Of a stretch of DNA of 64,000 nucleotides, positions 9,148-19,349 are shown one piece after another. The stretch comes from Waterburya sp. (GTDB taxonomy: Bacteria > Cyanobacteriota > Cyanobacteriia > Cyanobacteriales > Xenococcaceae), in assembly GCA_965217895.1 (NCBI GenBank), contig CBDCJV010000002.1, positions 2,080,001 through 2,144,000 on the forward strand. The letters run 5' to 3'. Positions within the stretch are counted from its first letter, which is position 1. Each line of letters starts with the position of its first letter. The notes under the pieces are model-generated. The model searched no databases. It was not told the DNA's origin and was given only the letters and a program-made list of their open reading frames with translations. A program made the position numbers and the translations under genes.

Positions 9148-9945
9148 TTACCTAAAAAACTTTTGTTCGTAAAGATGCTTAACTATCGTTGCATCGGTAA
9201 GATTATATTGCAGAGGCGTAATGGTAATATAGCGATCGCGAATTGCCTGAACATCTGTCAAAATATGAGGCGGTAAATTAATATCTTCTGGCTGTTCAAT
9301 ATCTTCAATAATTTCTCCTTCTAGCCAATAATAGCTTTTGCCACGAGGATCTAGTCTTTTGGCAAACTTTTCAATGTAGCGACGTAAACCCTGACGGGTA
9401 ACTAATACCCCCGTTATTTCTGAGGTTGGCACAGGAGGAATATTAACGCTTAATAATGGTGGTTTAGGATAATCTTGAGCTGCCATCTGCTGCACCAGCT
9501 TAAGGGCAAAATCTGCTGCGGGTTGAAACTCTAAAGTAGAAAAGCTTGCCAAACTAAAAGCAACGCTAGGGATACCTTCTAATACTCCTTCCATTGCTGC
9601 TGATACCGTACCAGAATATAAAACGTCTGTACCCAAATTAGGACCATGATTAATTCCCGAATAAACAACATCTGGTCGAGTTTTGAGAACGGCACTAAGG
9701 GCAAACTTAACGCAGTCAGCAGGAGTTCCCGAACAAGACCAAGCAATCACGTTATCATCAAAGACAGAATCAACTTCTTTAGCCCTAATTGGTTGATGAA
9801 GAGTTAACCCATGTCCAGTAGCCGAACGTTCGCGATCTGGACAGACAACCGTTACCTGATGACCAGCCTGTGCCAATGTATTAGCTAAAGTACGCACACC
9901 TAAAGCAAAAATACCATCATCGTTACTAATTAAGATATTGCTCAT
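9148..9945 (-). CDS. surE: 5'/3'-nucleotidase SurE
   Basis: [29 protein letters not shown]. Confidence 0.97.
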   Translation of the reverse strand: MSNILISNDDGIFALGVRTLANTLAQAGHQVTVVCPDRERSATGHGLTLHQPIRAKEVDSVFDDNVIAWSCSGTPADCVKFALSAVLKTRPDVVYSGINHGPNLGTDVLYSGTVSAAMEGVLEGIPSVAFSLASFSTLEFQPAADFALKLVQQMAAQDYPKPPLLSVNIPPVPTSEITGVLVTRQGLRRYIEKFAKRLDPRGKSYYWLEGEIIEDIEQPEDINLPPHILTDVQAIRDRYITITPLQYNLTDATIVKHLYEQKFFR

Positions 9946-10050
9946 CGATCAGTTATTGGGTTGAAGTTGGTTATTACTACAAACCAAACCATAGCAAAAA
10001 ATAGCTTTTAAAATGATATTATGCCCTAATCTAACTTTGCACGGCTATGA

Positions 10051-11316
10051 GTGATGGTTGAACTGTACTTAGGCATCGATTTTGGTACTTCAGGTGCTAG
10101 AGCAATAGTTATTGATCGAGAAACAAACATTTTTGCCAGCACTAGTGCCAAATTTACTAATATTGCAGCTACCAAATTAGCTCAGACTTGGCAAGCAGCA
10201 TTAGATAACTTGATTTTGCAGCTACCAGTTGAGATTAGAAAACAGTTAAAGGCGATCGCAATTAACGGAACTTCTTCTACAGTCTTACTAGGCGATGCTA
10301 CAGGTAAACCTATTACTGCGCCACTGCTATATAACGACTCAAAAGGTAAAGAAGTACTAGCAGAAATTAAAGCTATTGCTCCAAAAGATCATGTAGTAAT
10401 CAGTGCGACTTCCAGTTTAGCAAAACTACTCTGGTGGCAACAGCAGCCTTATTTCACCCAAGCTCGCTATTTACTGCATCAGGCTGACTGGTTAGCTTAC
10501 TTATTACATGGCAAACTAGGCGTTAGCGATTATCATAATGCCCTCAAGCTTGGTTACGATGTAGACAATTTTAATTATCCTGACTGGCTACAAAATTTGC
10601 CCTTTAGTAACTTGTATCCTCAAGTACTTGCTCCTGGCGCGCCTGTAGGGGAAATAACGTCAGAAAATGGCGATCGCTTTGATATTGCTCCTAATTGCGT
10701 TATATGTACAGGTACTACCGACAGCATTGCAGCTTTTCTTGCCAGTGGTGCTAGTCAGCCAGGCGAAGCGGTTACTTCCCTTGGTTCAACCTTAGTTTTA
10801 AAATTGTTGAGTAAAACCAAAGTCACCGCGTCTAAATATGGCATTTATAGTCATCGCTTAGGGCAATTATGGCTGACTGGCGGTGCTTCTAATACAGGTG
10901 GTGCTGTTTTAAAGCATTTTTTCTCTGAGCAACAGTTAGAAGATTTATCAAAGCAAATAAATCCTGATATTATAAGTCCTCTAGAATACTATCCTTTATT
11001 AAAGCCAGGCGATCGCTTTCCCGTTAATAATCCTAATTTACCACCTCAGCTAACACCTCGCCCGACAAACTCCGTCGAGTTTTTACATGGCTTACTAGAA
11101 AGTATGTCCCGTATTGAACAGTTAGGTTATCAAAAGTTACAAGAATTAGGTGCTAGTCAGTTAACTCATATTTATACCGCAGGTGGAGGCGCGGAAAATG
11201 CAGTATGGCGTAAAATTCGTCAACGACACTTAAAAGTACCAGTCAGCAAAGCTACTAACACTCAAGCAGCCTATGGCACAGCTTTGTTAGCTGCGAGGAA
11301 ATCTATTTTATTATAA
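10051..11316 (+). CDS. FGGY-family carbohydrate kinase (D-ribulose kinase-like)
   Basis: GIDFGTSG, GTTDSIAAF, GGASNTGG. Confidence 0.88.
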   Translation: MMVELYLGIDFGTSGARAIVIDRETNIFASTSAKFTNIAATKLAQTWQAALDNLILQLPVEIRKQLKAIAINGTSSTVLLGDATGKPITAPLLYNDSKGKEVLAEIKAIAPKDHVVISATSSLAKLLWWQQQPYFTQARYLLHQADWLAYLLHGKLGVSDYHNALKLGYDVDNFNYPDWLQNLPFSNLYPQVLAPGAPVGEITSENGDRFDIAPNCVICTGTTDSIAAFLASGASQPGEAVTSLGSTLVLKLLSKTKVTASKYGIYSHRLGQLWLTGGASNTGGAVLKHFFSEQQLEDLSKQINPDIISPLEYYPLLKPGDRFPVNNPNLPPQLTPRPTNSVEFLHGLLESMSRIEQLGYQKLQELGASQLTHIYTAGGGAENAVWRKIRQRHLKVPVSKATNTQAAYGTALLAARKSILL

Positions 11317-11324
11317 AAGGATGC

Positions 11325-11410
11325 AAGCGTCCGACACGAGGGCATCCCTAGAAAAGCCACGCGAACTTGGGAATGCTGACTTAGCAAAGGAATGCTCACC
11401 AAGACGCTTC
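11325..11410 (-). repeat. Partial/nested small dispersed repeat copies
   Basis: Minus strand GTCTTGGTGAGCATTCC and GTCAGCATTCCCAAGT match 3946 and 16621 regions. Confidence 0.7.
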
Positions 11411-11536
11411 GTTCAGATTCATTGGTTTCTAGCTCTTCGCTACTAGATGCTTTAACTGATTTTAATAATAAGTTTACAAAAAAGAAGCCGATATTTTTAA
11501 TGGTAACTACTACCTGATGCAACCGACTCTTCTTAT

Positions 11537-12277
11537 CTACGCTGTAACTTGATCTTCAGGAACAAGCATTTGCTCCGCGCTAGGCAACTCTAAGCAATAT
11601 CCTGCACCATAAACAGTTTTGATATAGCTAGGATGACGAGGATCTGGTTCTAGCTTAGTCCGTAGGTGGCGAATATGAACCCTAATAGTTTCAATATCGT
11701 CATCAGGATCGTAACCCCAAACTTCCTTCAAGATCTCTGGAGGCGCGACAGTTTGTCCGTGACGCTGCAATAGACAATGGAGTAATTCAAACTCTAAATG
11801 AGTTAGTTTAACAGTTTTCTCAAACCAAATTGCTTCAAAACGTTCGGGAATTAAGGTCAAAGGTCCAAAGTTAAGAATTTCTGAGTGCTTGGCTGCCTGG
11901 GGTATGCGGTCTGTACGACGTAACAAAGCCCTTACCCTGGCTAGCATTTCTTCTACTTCAAAGGGTTTGGTTAAGTAGTCATCTGCGCCTGCATTAAAGC
12001 CTTCTACCTTATCTTGGGTTTGCCCCAAAGCACTCAACATTAAAACTGGAATGTCAGAGGTGCGATTATCTCGGCGTAATCTTTGACAGACGGTAAAGCC
12101 ATCGACTTTTGGCAACATCAGATCGAGCATTACTAAATCTGGCTGAAGCTGCACAGCTAAAGCTTGACCCTTGATTCCGTCTTCTGCTTGGTTGACATCA
12201 TAGCCAGCCATCTCCAAGTTGATAGAGACTAATTCAGAGATTGCGGGGTCATCGTCAATTACAAGTATTCTGGGCAT
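11537..12277 (-). CDS. rpaA: OmpR-family response regulator RpaA
   Basis: [51 protein letters not shown]. Confidence 0.95.
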   Translation of the reverse strand: MPRILVIDDDPAISELVSINLEMAGYDVNQAEDGIKGQALAVQLQPDLVMLDLMLPKVDGFTVCQRLRRDNRTSDIPVLMLSALGQTQDKVEGFNAGADDYLTKPFEVEEMLARVRALLRRTDRIPQAAKHSEILNFGPLTLIPERFEAIWFEKTVKLTHLEFELLHCLLQRHGQTVAPPEILKEVWGYDPDDDIETIRVHIRHLRTKLEPDPRHPSYIKTVYGAGYCLELPSAEQMLVPEDQVTA

Positions 12278-12533
12278 ATCAAATATCTGGTAAATATTAT
12301 TTTTTGGTAACAGGGCAATAAGCCCAAAGGCATTGCATCGCCACGCTTAACTTTTTATTAAACACAATTGTTAAGGAATATGTAACAAACCTTATCATGA
12401 TTATAAGCAAAAATGCTTATTGTGTTAATTTCGCTTATTTTACATTAAACATTTATAAAGTTTAATTTCTGATATGAGCGTACTTTTATGGCTATTGACT
12501 TATATAAATTAAAGATTATCTTTGACGAGGATA

Positions 12534-13091
12534 CTAATTGTTAAATTGCAAAATATAGTCTGTTGATACATTATTAACCAACCATACACCGTTTTCAGAA
12601 CAGTAGAATTGAAACCCTTCTAAAACCATTCTCTCTGCATCTATTTCTAAGACAATTGGTTTTCCTCTTCTAGCACCAACTTTTTGCGCCGTCGGCCAAT
12701 CTGATGATAGGTGAACATGATGGCGCGACATTTTTCTCAAACCCTGTTGCAAAATTGATTGCAGTGCTGCTTCATAAGTACCGTGATATAAAACTGATGG
12801 TGGAGTTGATGGCTGTAGCTCTAAATCTACAACAACGCTGTGTCCTTGATTGGCTCGAATTAATTTGTCAGTCCGATCAAAAGAGAAACGCTGCTTATCG
12901 CTTTGAGCAACTACAGTTTTTAATTCAGCCAAGCTGAGAGTAAATTTATTTTTCTCTGCTGCTGCCAATAAACTATCAACCTCAACCCAACCACCAGGAG
13001 AAAGTTCTAAGCCGAGTAGATCAGGACGATGACGCAAATGATAGCTCAGAAATTTACTAATTTTAAGCAGACGACTAGAAGATATGTTCAC
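12534..13091 (-). CDS. kptA: RNA 2'-phosphotransferase (Tpt1/KptA)
   Basis: LRH, KQRF, IRANQGHS, LYHGT, HVHLS, NGVWL. Confidence 0.95.
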   Translation of the reverse strand: MNISSSRLLKISKFLSYHLRHRPDLLGLELSPGGWVEVDSLLAAAEKNKFTLSLAELKTVVAQSDKQRFSFDRTDKLIRANQGHSVVVDLELQPSTPPSVLYHGTYEAALQSILQQGLRKMSRHHVHLSSDWPTAQKVGARRGKPIVLEIDAERMVLEGFQFYCSENGVWLVNNVSTDYILQFNN

Positions 13092-13365
13092 AACTTTAAG
13101 CTTCCGTAAGTCTCAGAAATTAAATAGTGTAACGCTAGAAAAGGAAAAAGCTAGGTAATACACAAGCGTGACAACTATGTATCTCAATCTTTAGAAGCAG
13201 CTTCTGGGTGACAGGAAAGATTTTAAATATTATCTTGGATGTAAGAATTCTTAATAACAATTCTCATTAATTCAGTTTAATCTAAAAAATTAGGCAGTAT
13301 TATTAGATCTTTTGTAAAAAATATAGATCGAATAAGTTAATCATAAAAAAGCGGGAAATTTTAGT

Positions 13366-14082
13366 ATGAGCGTAAATTTAGCCACTATGTTACGTGAAGG
13401 GACGAAAAAGTCTCACACAATGGCAGAGAATGTTGGTTTTGTTAAATGTTTTCTTAAAGGAGTAGTCGAGAAAAAGTCTTATCGGAAGCTAGTCACTAGT
13501 CTTTACTTTGTCTATTCGGCAATGGAAGAGGAAATGGAGAATTTGAAAGATCATCCTGTAGTTTCTAAAATTTATTTTCCTGAACTTAATCGTAAAGAGA
13601 GTTTAGAACAGGATTTGCATTTTTACTACGGTGCAAACTGGCGCGAAGAAGCTAAAAATTCTCAAGCAGGAAAAGCTTATGTAGCTCGCATTAGAGAAAT
13701 AGCAAAATCTCAGCCAGAATTGTTAGTGGCTCACTGCTACACGCGCTACCTAGGAGATCTTTCTGGAGGACAAATCCTCAAGAAAATTTCTCAAAGAGCG
13801 ATGAATTTAACTGATGGCGAAGGAACAGCTTTTTATGAGTTTGAAGACATTGCCGACGAAAAAGCATTTAAAGACAAATACCGTCAAGCAATGAACGAAT
13901 TGCCTATTGACCAGGCTACTGCCGAAAAGATAGTTGATGAAGCTAATGATGCTTTTGCCATGAACATGGAGTTGTTCCAAGAGCTTGAAGGTAACTTAAT
14001 CAAAGCAGTTGGGGTTATGTTATTTAACACTTTAACTCGTCGTCGCGTTCGCGGTAGTACAGAGCTTGCCACTGCTGAATAA
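13366..14082 (+). CDS. ho1: Heme oxygenase 1 (biliverdin-producing)
   Basis: GTKKSHTMAEN, YTRYLGDLSGGQIL. Confidence 0.97.
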   Translation: MSVNLATMLREGTKKSHTMAENVGFVKCFLKGVVEKKSYRKLVTSLYFVYSAMEEEMENLKDHPVVSKIYFPELNRKESLEQDLHFYYGANWREEAKNSQAGKAYVARIREIAKSQPELLVAHCYTRYLGDLSGGQILKKISQRAMNLTDGEGTAFYEFEDIADEKAFKDKYRQAMNELPIDQATAEKIVDEANDAFAMNMELFQELEGNLIKAVGVMLFNTLTRRRVRGSTELATAE

Positions 14083-14125
14083 TCAATGTAAGCTTTTGAG
14101 CTTGATAATTCAAAAAAATTAATAT

Positions 14126-14213
14126 CACCAAGAACAACCTCAAAAGCTGGGTTGCGGTTATTAGACTTAAATTCTAAGGCGATCGCTTTCTAGCTCTTGA
14201 GGTTGTTTGGTGT
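14126..14213. terminator. Long imperfect stem-loop between convergent genes
   Basis: caccaagaacaacctcaaaagct ... agctcttgaggttgtttggtg. Confidence 0.5.
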
Positions 14214-14243
14214 TTTAAAAGATTACAGAAAAATTATCTGTTG

Positions 14244-14477
14244 TTATGCTTTGGGAAGGTTTTGGCTAGCGTAAGTGTCTAAAGCAAAGGCGGGAATGCG
14301 ATCACTATAATCTGTACTTTTGCCAGTAAAAGTTCTAGCCAATTGCTCAAAAGATTCTGATTTGAGGTTGCGCTCATGAATTGGCTTAGTTTGTTCCCCC
14401 AGATAATAAGCCTGTGTACCAATAACTGCTGCTGCTACCCAACCCATAAAAAATACGCCGATTAATAAAGCGATCAT
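14244..14477 (-). CDS. psb35: Psb35-like small membrane protein
   Basis: GWVAAAVIGTQAY..GEQTKPIHERN pattern, recognised from memory. Confidence 0.6.
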   Translation of the reverse strand: MIALLIGVFFMGWVAAAVIGTQAYYLGEQTKPIHERNLKSESFEQLARTFTGKSTDYSDRIPAFALDTYASQNLPKA

Positions 14478-14520
14478 AATAAACCTCTGCTACTTTTACT
14501 ATGTAAATTTTTATGTTGTT

Positions 14521-14538
14521 TATGTAAATAAATGTAAC
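14521..14538 (-). promoter_or_regulatory. HLR1 (RpaB-binding) direct repeat
   Basis: Minus strand GTTACATT-TA-TTTACATA matches (G/T)TTACA(T/A)(T/A)-N2-(G/T)TTACA(T/A)(T/A), just upstream of the psb35-like gene. Confidence 0.7.
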
Positions 14539-14642
14539 AGAATTTTGTTTATATTCGCAATATATGACTTTACGGCTTTACTCATTATCTGGCGAAAAAA
14601 CCGAACTTACGAAGCGAAATTATGCCGTAAAAAATTGCCAAA

Positions 14643-15392
14643 TCAGCTAATTTTTTTGCCGAAACGGCGATCGCGCTTTTGATATGATTGTAAAGCCCGA
14701 TCGAACTGCTGATGATTAAAATCGGGCCAAAGTGTATCAGTGACGTAAATTTCTGTATAGGCTAGCTGCCACAGCAAGAAATTACTCAAGCGCATTTCTC
14801 CACTGGTGCGAATTAGCAGATCGGGATCGGCACTGGCAGAAGTATAAAGGTGCTGAGCGATCGTCTCTTCGTTAATCGAATCTGGAGATAGTTCTCCTTG
14901 CTGCACCTTCTCGGCAATTGTGCGACAGGCTTTTACCATTTCATGACGACTACCATAGTTAATTGCTACGTTAAAAAACACTCCTTGATTATTCTTAGTC
15001 CGCTCCATCGAATGACGCATTTCCTGCTGCAAAGATGTGGGCAAAGGCGATAAATCACCAATAAAGTTGATACATACCTCTTCGGCTTCCATTTCTTTTA
15101 ATTCTTTCTGTAACAGCCTTTCAAATAATGCCATCAAAAAATTAACTTCAACCGTCGGGCGACCCCAATTTTCAGTCGAAAAGGCATAGGCGGTTAGAGT
15201 TTTAATACCCAAATCTTTGCAATAGCGCAGCATTTCCTTGAGAGTTTTTGCCCCTTGCCGATGTCCTTCAATGCGGGGTAGACCTTTTTGTTTTGCCCAG
15301 CGACCATTGCCATCCATAATTACAGCTACGTGGTGAGGCAATTTTGCTAAATTCAGTTCGGTGGATAAAGTGGTTAATAGTTGGGCTGTCAT
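14643..15392 (-). CDS. uppS: Isoprenyl transferase (undecaprenyl diphosphate synthase family)
   Basis: [31 protein letters not shown]. Confidence 0.95.
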   Translation of the reverse strand: MTAQLLTTLSTELNLAKLPHHVAVIMDGNGRWAKQKGLPRIEGHRQGAKTLKEMLRYCKDLGIKTLTAYAFSTENWGRPTVEVNFLMALFERLLQKELKEMEAEEVCINFIGDLSPLPTSLQQEMRHSMERTKNNQGVFFNVAINYGSRHEMVKACRTIAEKVQQGELSPDSINEETIAQHLYTSASADPDLLIRTSGEMRLSNFLLWQLAYTEIYVTDTLWPDFNHQQFDRALQSYQKRDRRFGKKIS

Positions 15393-15443
15393 GGGAATTA
15401 TCTTAAATTAAGGACGTTAAATTAAAAATTTTAGTATTACTGC

Positions 15444-16493
15444 TTAGAAAATGCTGATTTCAAGGCAATCATCCTCAAAGCTATTATTCCCAAAAAATTC
15501 TGGGGTTGCACAGCATGATTGTAAATATTCTGGTGTCAATTGGCTACTCCAGTGCCACATAGGTTTTAATACCCAAATAAAAGTGTAAATTAATTCGCCT
15601 CTAGATAAGATTGACCAAGACTGCCAATCTAAAACTGACATCATACGTTGGAAGGTTGATTTCAACAACTCGATTGGGTCTGGCGAGGTTTCCTCGCCAC
15701 CCCTCTCGTTCAAATTTGACTGAGATTGTAAACTTACTTCACAGGATATAGGCAAGATGGTATGAATTTGGCTAAGAAGATACTGAATTAGGTGTTTTGT
15801 ACCATGAGGATATAACCACATTCCCATCCCCCAAAACTTAACTAGATGATTAACTTCATCCTTTAATAATTCTGCTAATATCTGTTGAATTGTGCCTGTA
15901 GTATGGGACATCAGCCACAAATATAAACAAGCTGCGCTGTATTCTGTAGCTACGCGGTGTAATCCGTGTTTGTAGAGGTCTTGATAAGGATTTTCCCAGG
16001 CTTGATAGCTTTTTGCCGTTCGGAGTTGGGGAATAATTTTTTGATTGGTAAGCTGCTGATAAATTTTAGCTAGGGCTGGAGTGTGTCGTCGCTCTTCTTT
16101 TTCCCATAAGCCCAATTCAATTATTTTGCCATTTTCGCCTACTTCCCCACCGACAAATTTTGCCATAGAAGGATGAATAGGTTCAAGATATTGTCTACTG
16201 GTTTGGGTGTAGTCTCTGATTGGTGCTTCTGTGTCTAACGCACCTTTTATAATCGACAAAAAAATATCTAGTTCAAGACCAACGACTTGTTCTGGATTTA
16301 TATCCTGCCAATTTATAGTAGCCCATTGTCGAGGTTGGGGATTCTTAAACTGTTGGGGTAAATCTTCTAGGCGATCGCCCAATTCTTCCAAACTTAAATA
16401 TTGATCAATTAAATAATTAATTCTGGCTTTGGTTTGAAAAAAGTTGGGGCGAAAACAAACTTCTCCCGCTAAATCTCTGGCTGGTTGGTACAT
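15444..16493 (-). CDS. Ferritin-like di-iron domain protein
   Basis: EERRH and DEVNH ExxH motifs, TEAPI and ATEY; carries a probable 48-nt in-frame hairpin insert. Confidence 0.75.
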   Translation of the reverse strand: MYQPARDLAGEVCFRPNFFQTKARINYLIDQYLSLEELGDRLEDLPQQFKNPQPRQWATINWQDINPEQVVGLELDIFLSIIKGALDTEAPIRDYTQTSRQYLEPIHPSMAKFVGGEVGENGKIIELGLWEKEERRHTPALAKIYQQLTNQKIIPQLRTAKSYQAWENPYQDLYKHGLHRVATEYSAACLYLWLMSHTTGTIQQILAELLKDEVNHLVKFWGMGMWLYPHGTKHLIQYLLSQIHTILPISCEVSLQSQSNLNERGGEETSPDPIELLKSTFQRMMSVLDWQSWSILSRGELIYTFIWVLKPMWHWSSQLTPEYLQSCCATPEFFGNNSFEDDCLEISIF

Positions 16494-16613
16494 ATTACTC
16501 CCAAAAACTGTGTTTTATTTGTATGACTTACAGCTTATGTAAATTCCCGTAGTTTGTCTGTCGGGGAAAGTAGGGAGTTTTTGTCTTAGATTAAGTCGGA
16601 AAAAGTAGGGGCG

Positions 16614-16822
16614 TGTCTTGGTCAGCATTCCCAAGTCCATGTCGCCTGGGGAGACCCCAGGCGTTTATACTGGACGTTTGCGCCTTCGAACCCTTTAGGG
16701 GGTCTGACCGCTTCGCAAAACAGTCAGGTAGGGTGGGCAAGCTCAAAATGAAGTGTGTCAATTTATATCAAAACTAAGTTTGCCCACCTTACAAGTAAGG
16801 GCGAACGGTCGTTTTCCCCTAT
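16614..16822. repeat. Nested small dispersed repeat plus REP-like palindromes
   Basis: TGTCTTGGTCAG...CTGACCGCT element; gtagggtgggcaa...ttgcccaccttac; ggcgaacggtcgtt similar to the 39646 copy. Confidence 0.75.
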
Positions 16823-16823
16823 A

Positions 16824-18449
16824 TCAGTAATTAGTAATTATCTCCTGTAATTTGGCGGGAGTTAGAGAACGGATCAGAGAAAACTCAAACGCATCATTAG
16901 TCAATAGGTCTAGGCGATCGCTTTGTAGATAGTTTTTATATTTTTGTTGATGAGCAAGATAGGCTTCAAAAAAAGCAGTGCTTAGTGCTTTTAGCCCAGG
17001 ATAAGCTGAAGTTGGGCTTGGGCCTACTATGCCTTCAGGAACAGGTAAAACTCCCAAACCTTCTTGCAAAAAACTAAAGTGTGTTCCTGGTTTGACTAGC
17101 ACAAGATATTTATCAAGATCTCGATCCAGCCAAGTAAAAGGTTTTAGTTGCTCCTCAACAGAAGGCGTAACCAAATCATGAGTTCCCGAAATTAGCATAG
17201 TCGGAATTTTGATTGCACCCATTCCCTCTTGACCAAATATTTTGCCTAAGGGGTTGATGGCAACTACCGCTTTAATTCTCGGATCTCGTAACTGATAGTG
17301 AGAATCTTTTAGATCGTCAAAAGTACATTTAGCTAGAGAAGATAAATCCAGCAAAACATCTCGATAGTTTTCTGACTGACATTCCTCAGCCGTTTTATCG
17401 GCAGTTAGTTTTCCGCCAGCTAAGGCTAAAGACGTATAACCCCCTATCGATTGTCCAAGTACTCCTACCTCTTGCAAATTCAATTTATTTCGCAGCCAAG
17501 GATTTGTGGCTGACTCTTGTTCTAAACGATCTAGAACAGATTTAACATCTAAAGGTTGATCGATTAAGTTATTAGGTTCAGGAAATCTTTCTGTTCCTGA
17601 TAGAACGCGATCAAATTTATTTAAGCTAATATCATCATGCTCCACTACGGCAACAGCAAAACCATAAGAGGCGAAATGTTCAGCCAAGTAGGCAAATGTT
17701 TGACGATCGGAAGCAAGACCATGAGAAATAACGATCAAAGGAACAGGCTGCTTTACCTTTGGCTGATACAGATCGAAATATCCTTGGCGATCGCGATGAG
17801 GATTTTTATAGCTGAAAGTACGCTTGTTCCAGGTATACGTCCCTTGAGTTTGTAGCCTTTGAAGTTCGGGTTGAGCTTTGCTGCTGGTTTTTTGAGCATG
17901 GTTAAAAAAAGCGCGATCGAGTACTGCTCTATTTTTAAGCAGCGTCGATCCTCGCTTAATATACTGCTCTATCACCTCTGAATCTATATATACAGTTTCT
18001 GAAGGAAATTGACGCAGCAGGTTCATAATCGTTAATCCTCGGTCATCAAATGCAGCAGCAATAATCGCGCCTCTAAGAGCAAAAAGACCGTTGATATTAG
18101 CATCGGCTCTTATTCCTTTGCCAAAGTTTCTAATCACTGCTTCGCCTACAGTTGAGTTACTAAAATTAGAGATGCTCAAAGGATTAACTTCTAGGGGAGT
18201 AGACAATAGCTTGGGTAATTTTTTTACCTGCTGAGGAGGTAAACGATTAAGGTAGTAAGCAAGCTCAGGAGATACTTCTCTAGTATTTACAAACCTTTCT
18301 AGGTCATCAACTTGGATATTAAACCGACCAAAGGGAGATAAGTTAAAGGTAATTCTTTCGGCTGCTATTGCTGCAACTGGAAATACAGTTGTAAATGTAC
18401 CTAAAATGAAAGACGCGATCGCCAGCCTAGCAGATTGAGCAAAATTCAC
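16824..18449 (-). CDS. DUF1400 + alpha/beta hydrolase
   Basis: AAERI N-terminal domain, ISHGLAS, GQSIGG nucleophile elbow, THFSF. Confidence 0.88.
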   Translation of the reverse strand: MNFAQSARLAIASFILGTFTTVFPVAAIAAERITFNLSPFGRFNIQVDDLERFVNTREVSPELAYYLNRLPPQQVKKLPKLLSTPLEVNPLSISNFSNSTVGEAVIRNFGKGIRADANINGLFALRGAIIAAAFDDRGLTIMNLLRQFPSETVYIDSEVIEQYIKRGSTLLKNRAVLDRAFFNHAQKTSSKAQPELQRLQTQGTYTWNKRTFSYKNPHRDRQGYFDLYQPKVKQPVPLIVISHGLASDRQTFAYLAEHFASYGFAVAVVEHDDISLNKFDRVLSGTERFPEPNNLIDQPLDVKSVLDRLEQESATNPWLRNKLNLQEVGVLGQSIGGYTSLALAGGKLTADKTAEECQSENYRDVLLDLSSLAKCTFDDLKDSHYQLRDPRIKAVVAINPLGKIFGQEGMGAIKIPTMLISGTHDLVTPSVEEQLKPFTWLDRDLDKYLVLVKPGTHFSFLQEGLGVLPVPEGIVGPSPTSAYPGLKALSTAFFEAYLAHQQKYKNYLQSDRLDLLTNDAFEFSLIRSLTPAKLQEIITNY

Positions 18450-18564
18450 TTAATTTGAGTGATTTATCGAAACTTGGATATTTTCTAGTTTAAACTATTA
18501 TTTATCACCTGCTGTTTGCTATTTGAGCTTGAACACTGGAATTAAAGTGCAATATGTCAAATAT

Positions 18565-19218
18565 TTAAATTTTACGCTCAAGCAATTTCCACAAAACCTC
18601 ATCATTAAAATCTTTGATCGTCATCCTTGCTCCTGCATCCATTAAATACTCTGAAGGATAGCTAGACGTGATACCAATAGTGTATATTCCAGCACTAACA
18701 GCGGAGTTTATACCTGCTGGCGAATCTTCAAAAGCGATCGCTCTTTTATTTTTCACTCCTAAACTTTTTAAAGCTAACCTATAAGGAGCAGGATCTGGTT
18801 TTCCTGGAGGTGCATCCTTTGCCATAATTACCGTGGGAAACGTCCCTGTTAAACGCAGTATTTTGAGCATATAAACGGCATTTTCTTCGGGCGCATTGGT
18901 CACAACAGCACGTTTTAACGAGGCGGTGTCTGTCAAACTGATTAACCTATCCAACCCAGGAGTTGGTCGCAGAGAATTAGCAAGTCGCCGATAAGTTTCT
19001 TCTTTTTCTGTAGCCAGTTTCCAAGCCTCTTCTAAAGTTAGCTGGGGAATAATATCTTTAATTATCTTCGAGTTGGTTCTACCAGATATTCTTTGGCGAT
19101 AAAAGGTGCGATCAATATCAAGCTCAAACCTAACCAATAAATCTTGCCAGACGGCAAAGTGAATTGAGTCAGTATCAGCCAAAGTACCATCTAAATCGAA
19201 TAAAATCGCTTTTAACAT
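18565..19218 (-). CDS. HAD-superfamily phosphatase (beta-PGM/CbbY-like)
   Basis: FDLDGT, KPDP, FEDS. Confidence 0.92.
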   Translation of the reverse strand: MLKAILFDLDGTLADTDSIHFAVWQDLLVRFELDIDRTFYRQRISGRTNSKIIKDIIPQLTLEEAWKLATEKEETYRRLANSLRPTPGLDRLISLTDTASLKRAVVTNAPEENAVYMLKILRLTGTFPTVIMAKDAPPGKPDPAPYRLALKSLGVKNKRAIAFEDSPAGINSAVSAGIYTIGITSSYPSEYLMDAGARMTIKDFNDEVLWKLLERKI

Positions 19219-19349
19219 TAACCTTACACCACGTTTTTGTCTGTAATCAATACTGATATTTCACCAGTAGCATTTCTATTTAAGACTTTAATTCATTTAC
19301 TGTAGGGGCGACACCACAGGGTTAGAAATTGTAGAATCAAACGAAATAT

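Noticed and set aside
11271..11522. 83-aa minus-strand ORF
   Set aside because: Runs across repeat elements and antisense to the kinase 3' end
13240..13272. Fur box upstream of ho1
   Set aside because: AT-rich and only loosely similar; not distinguishable from background by eye
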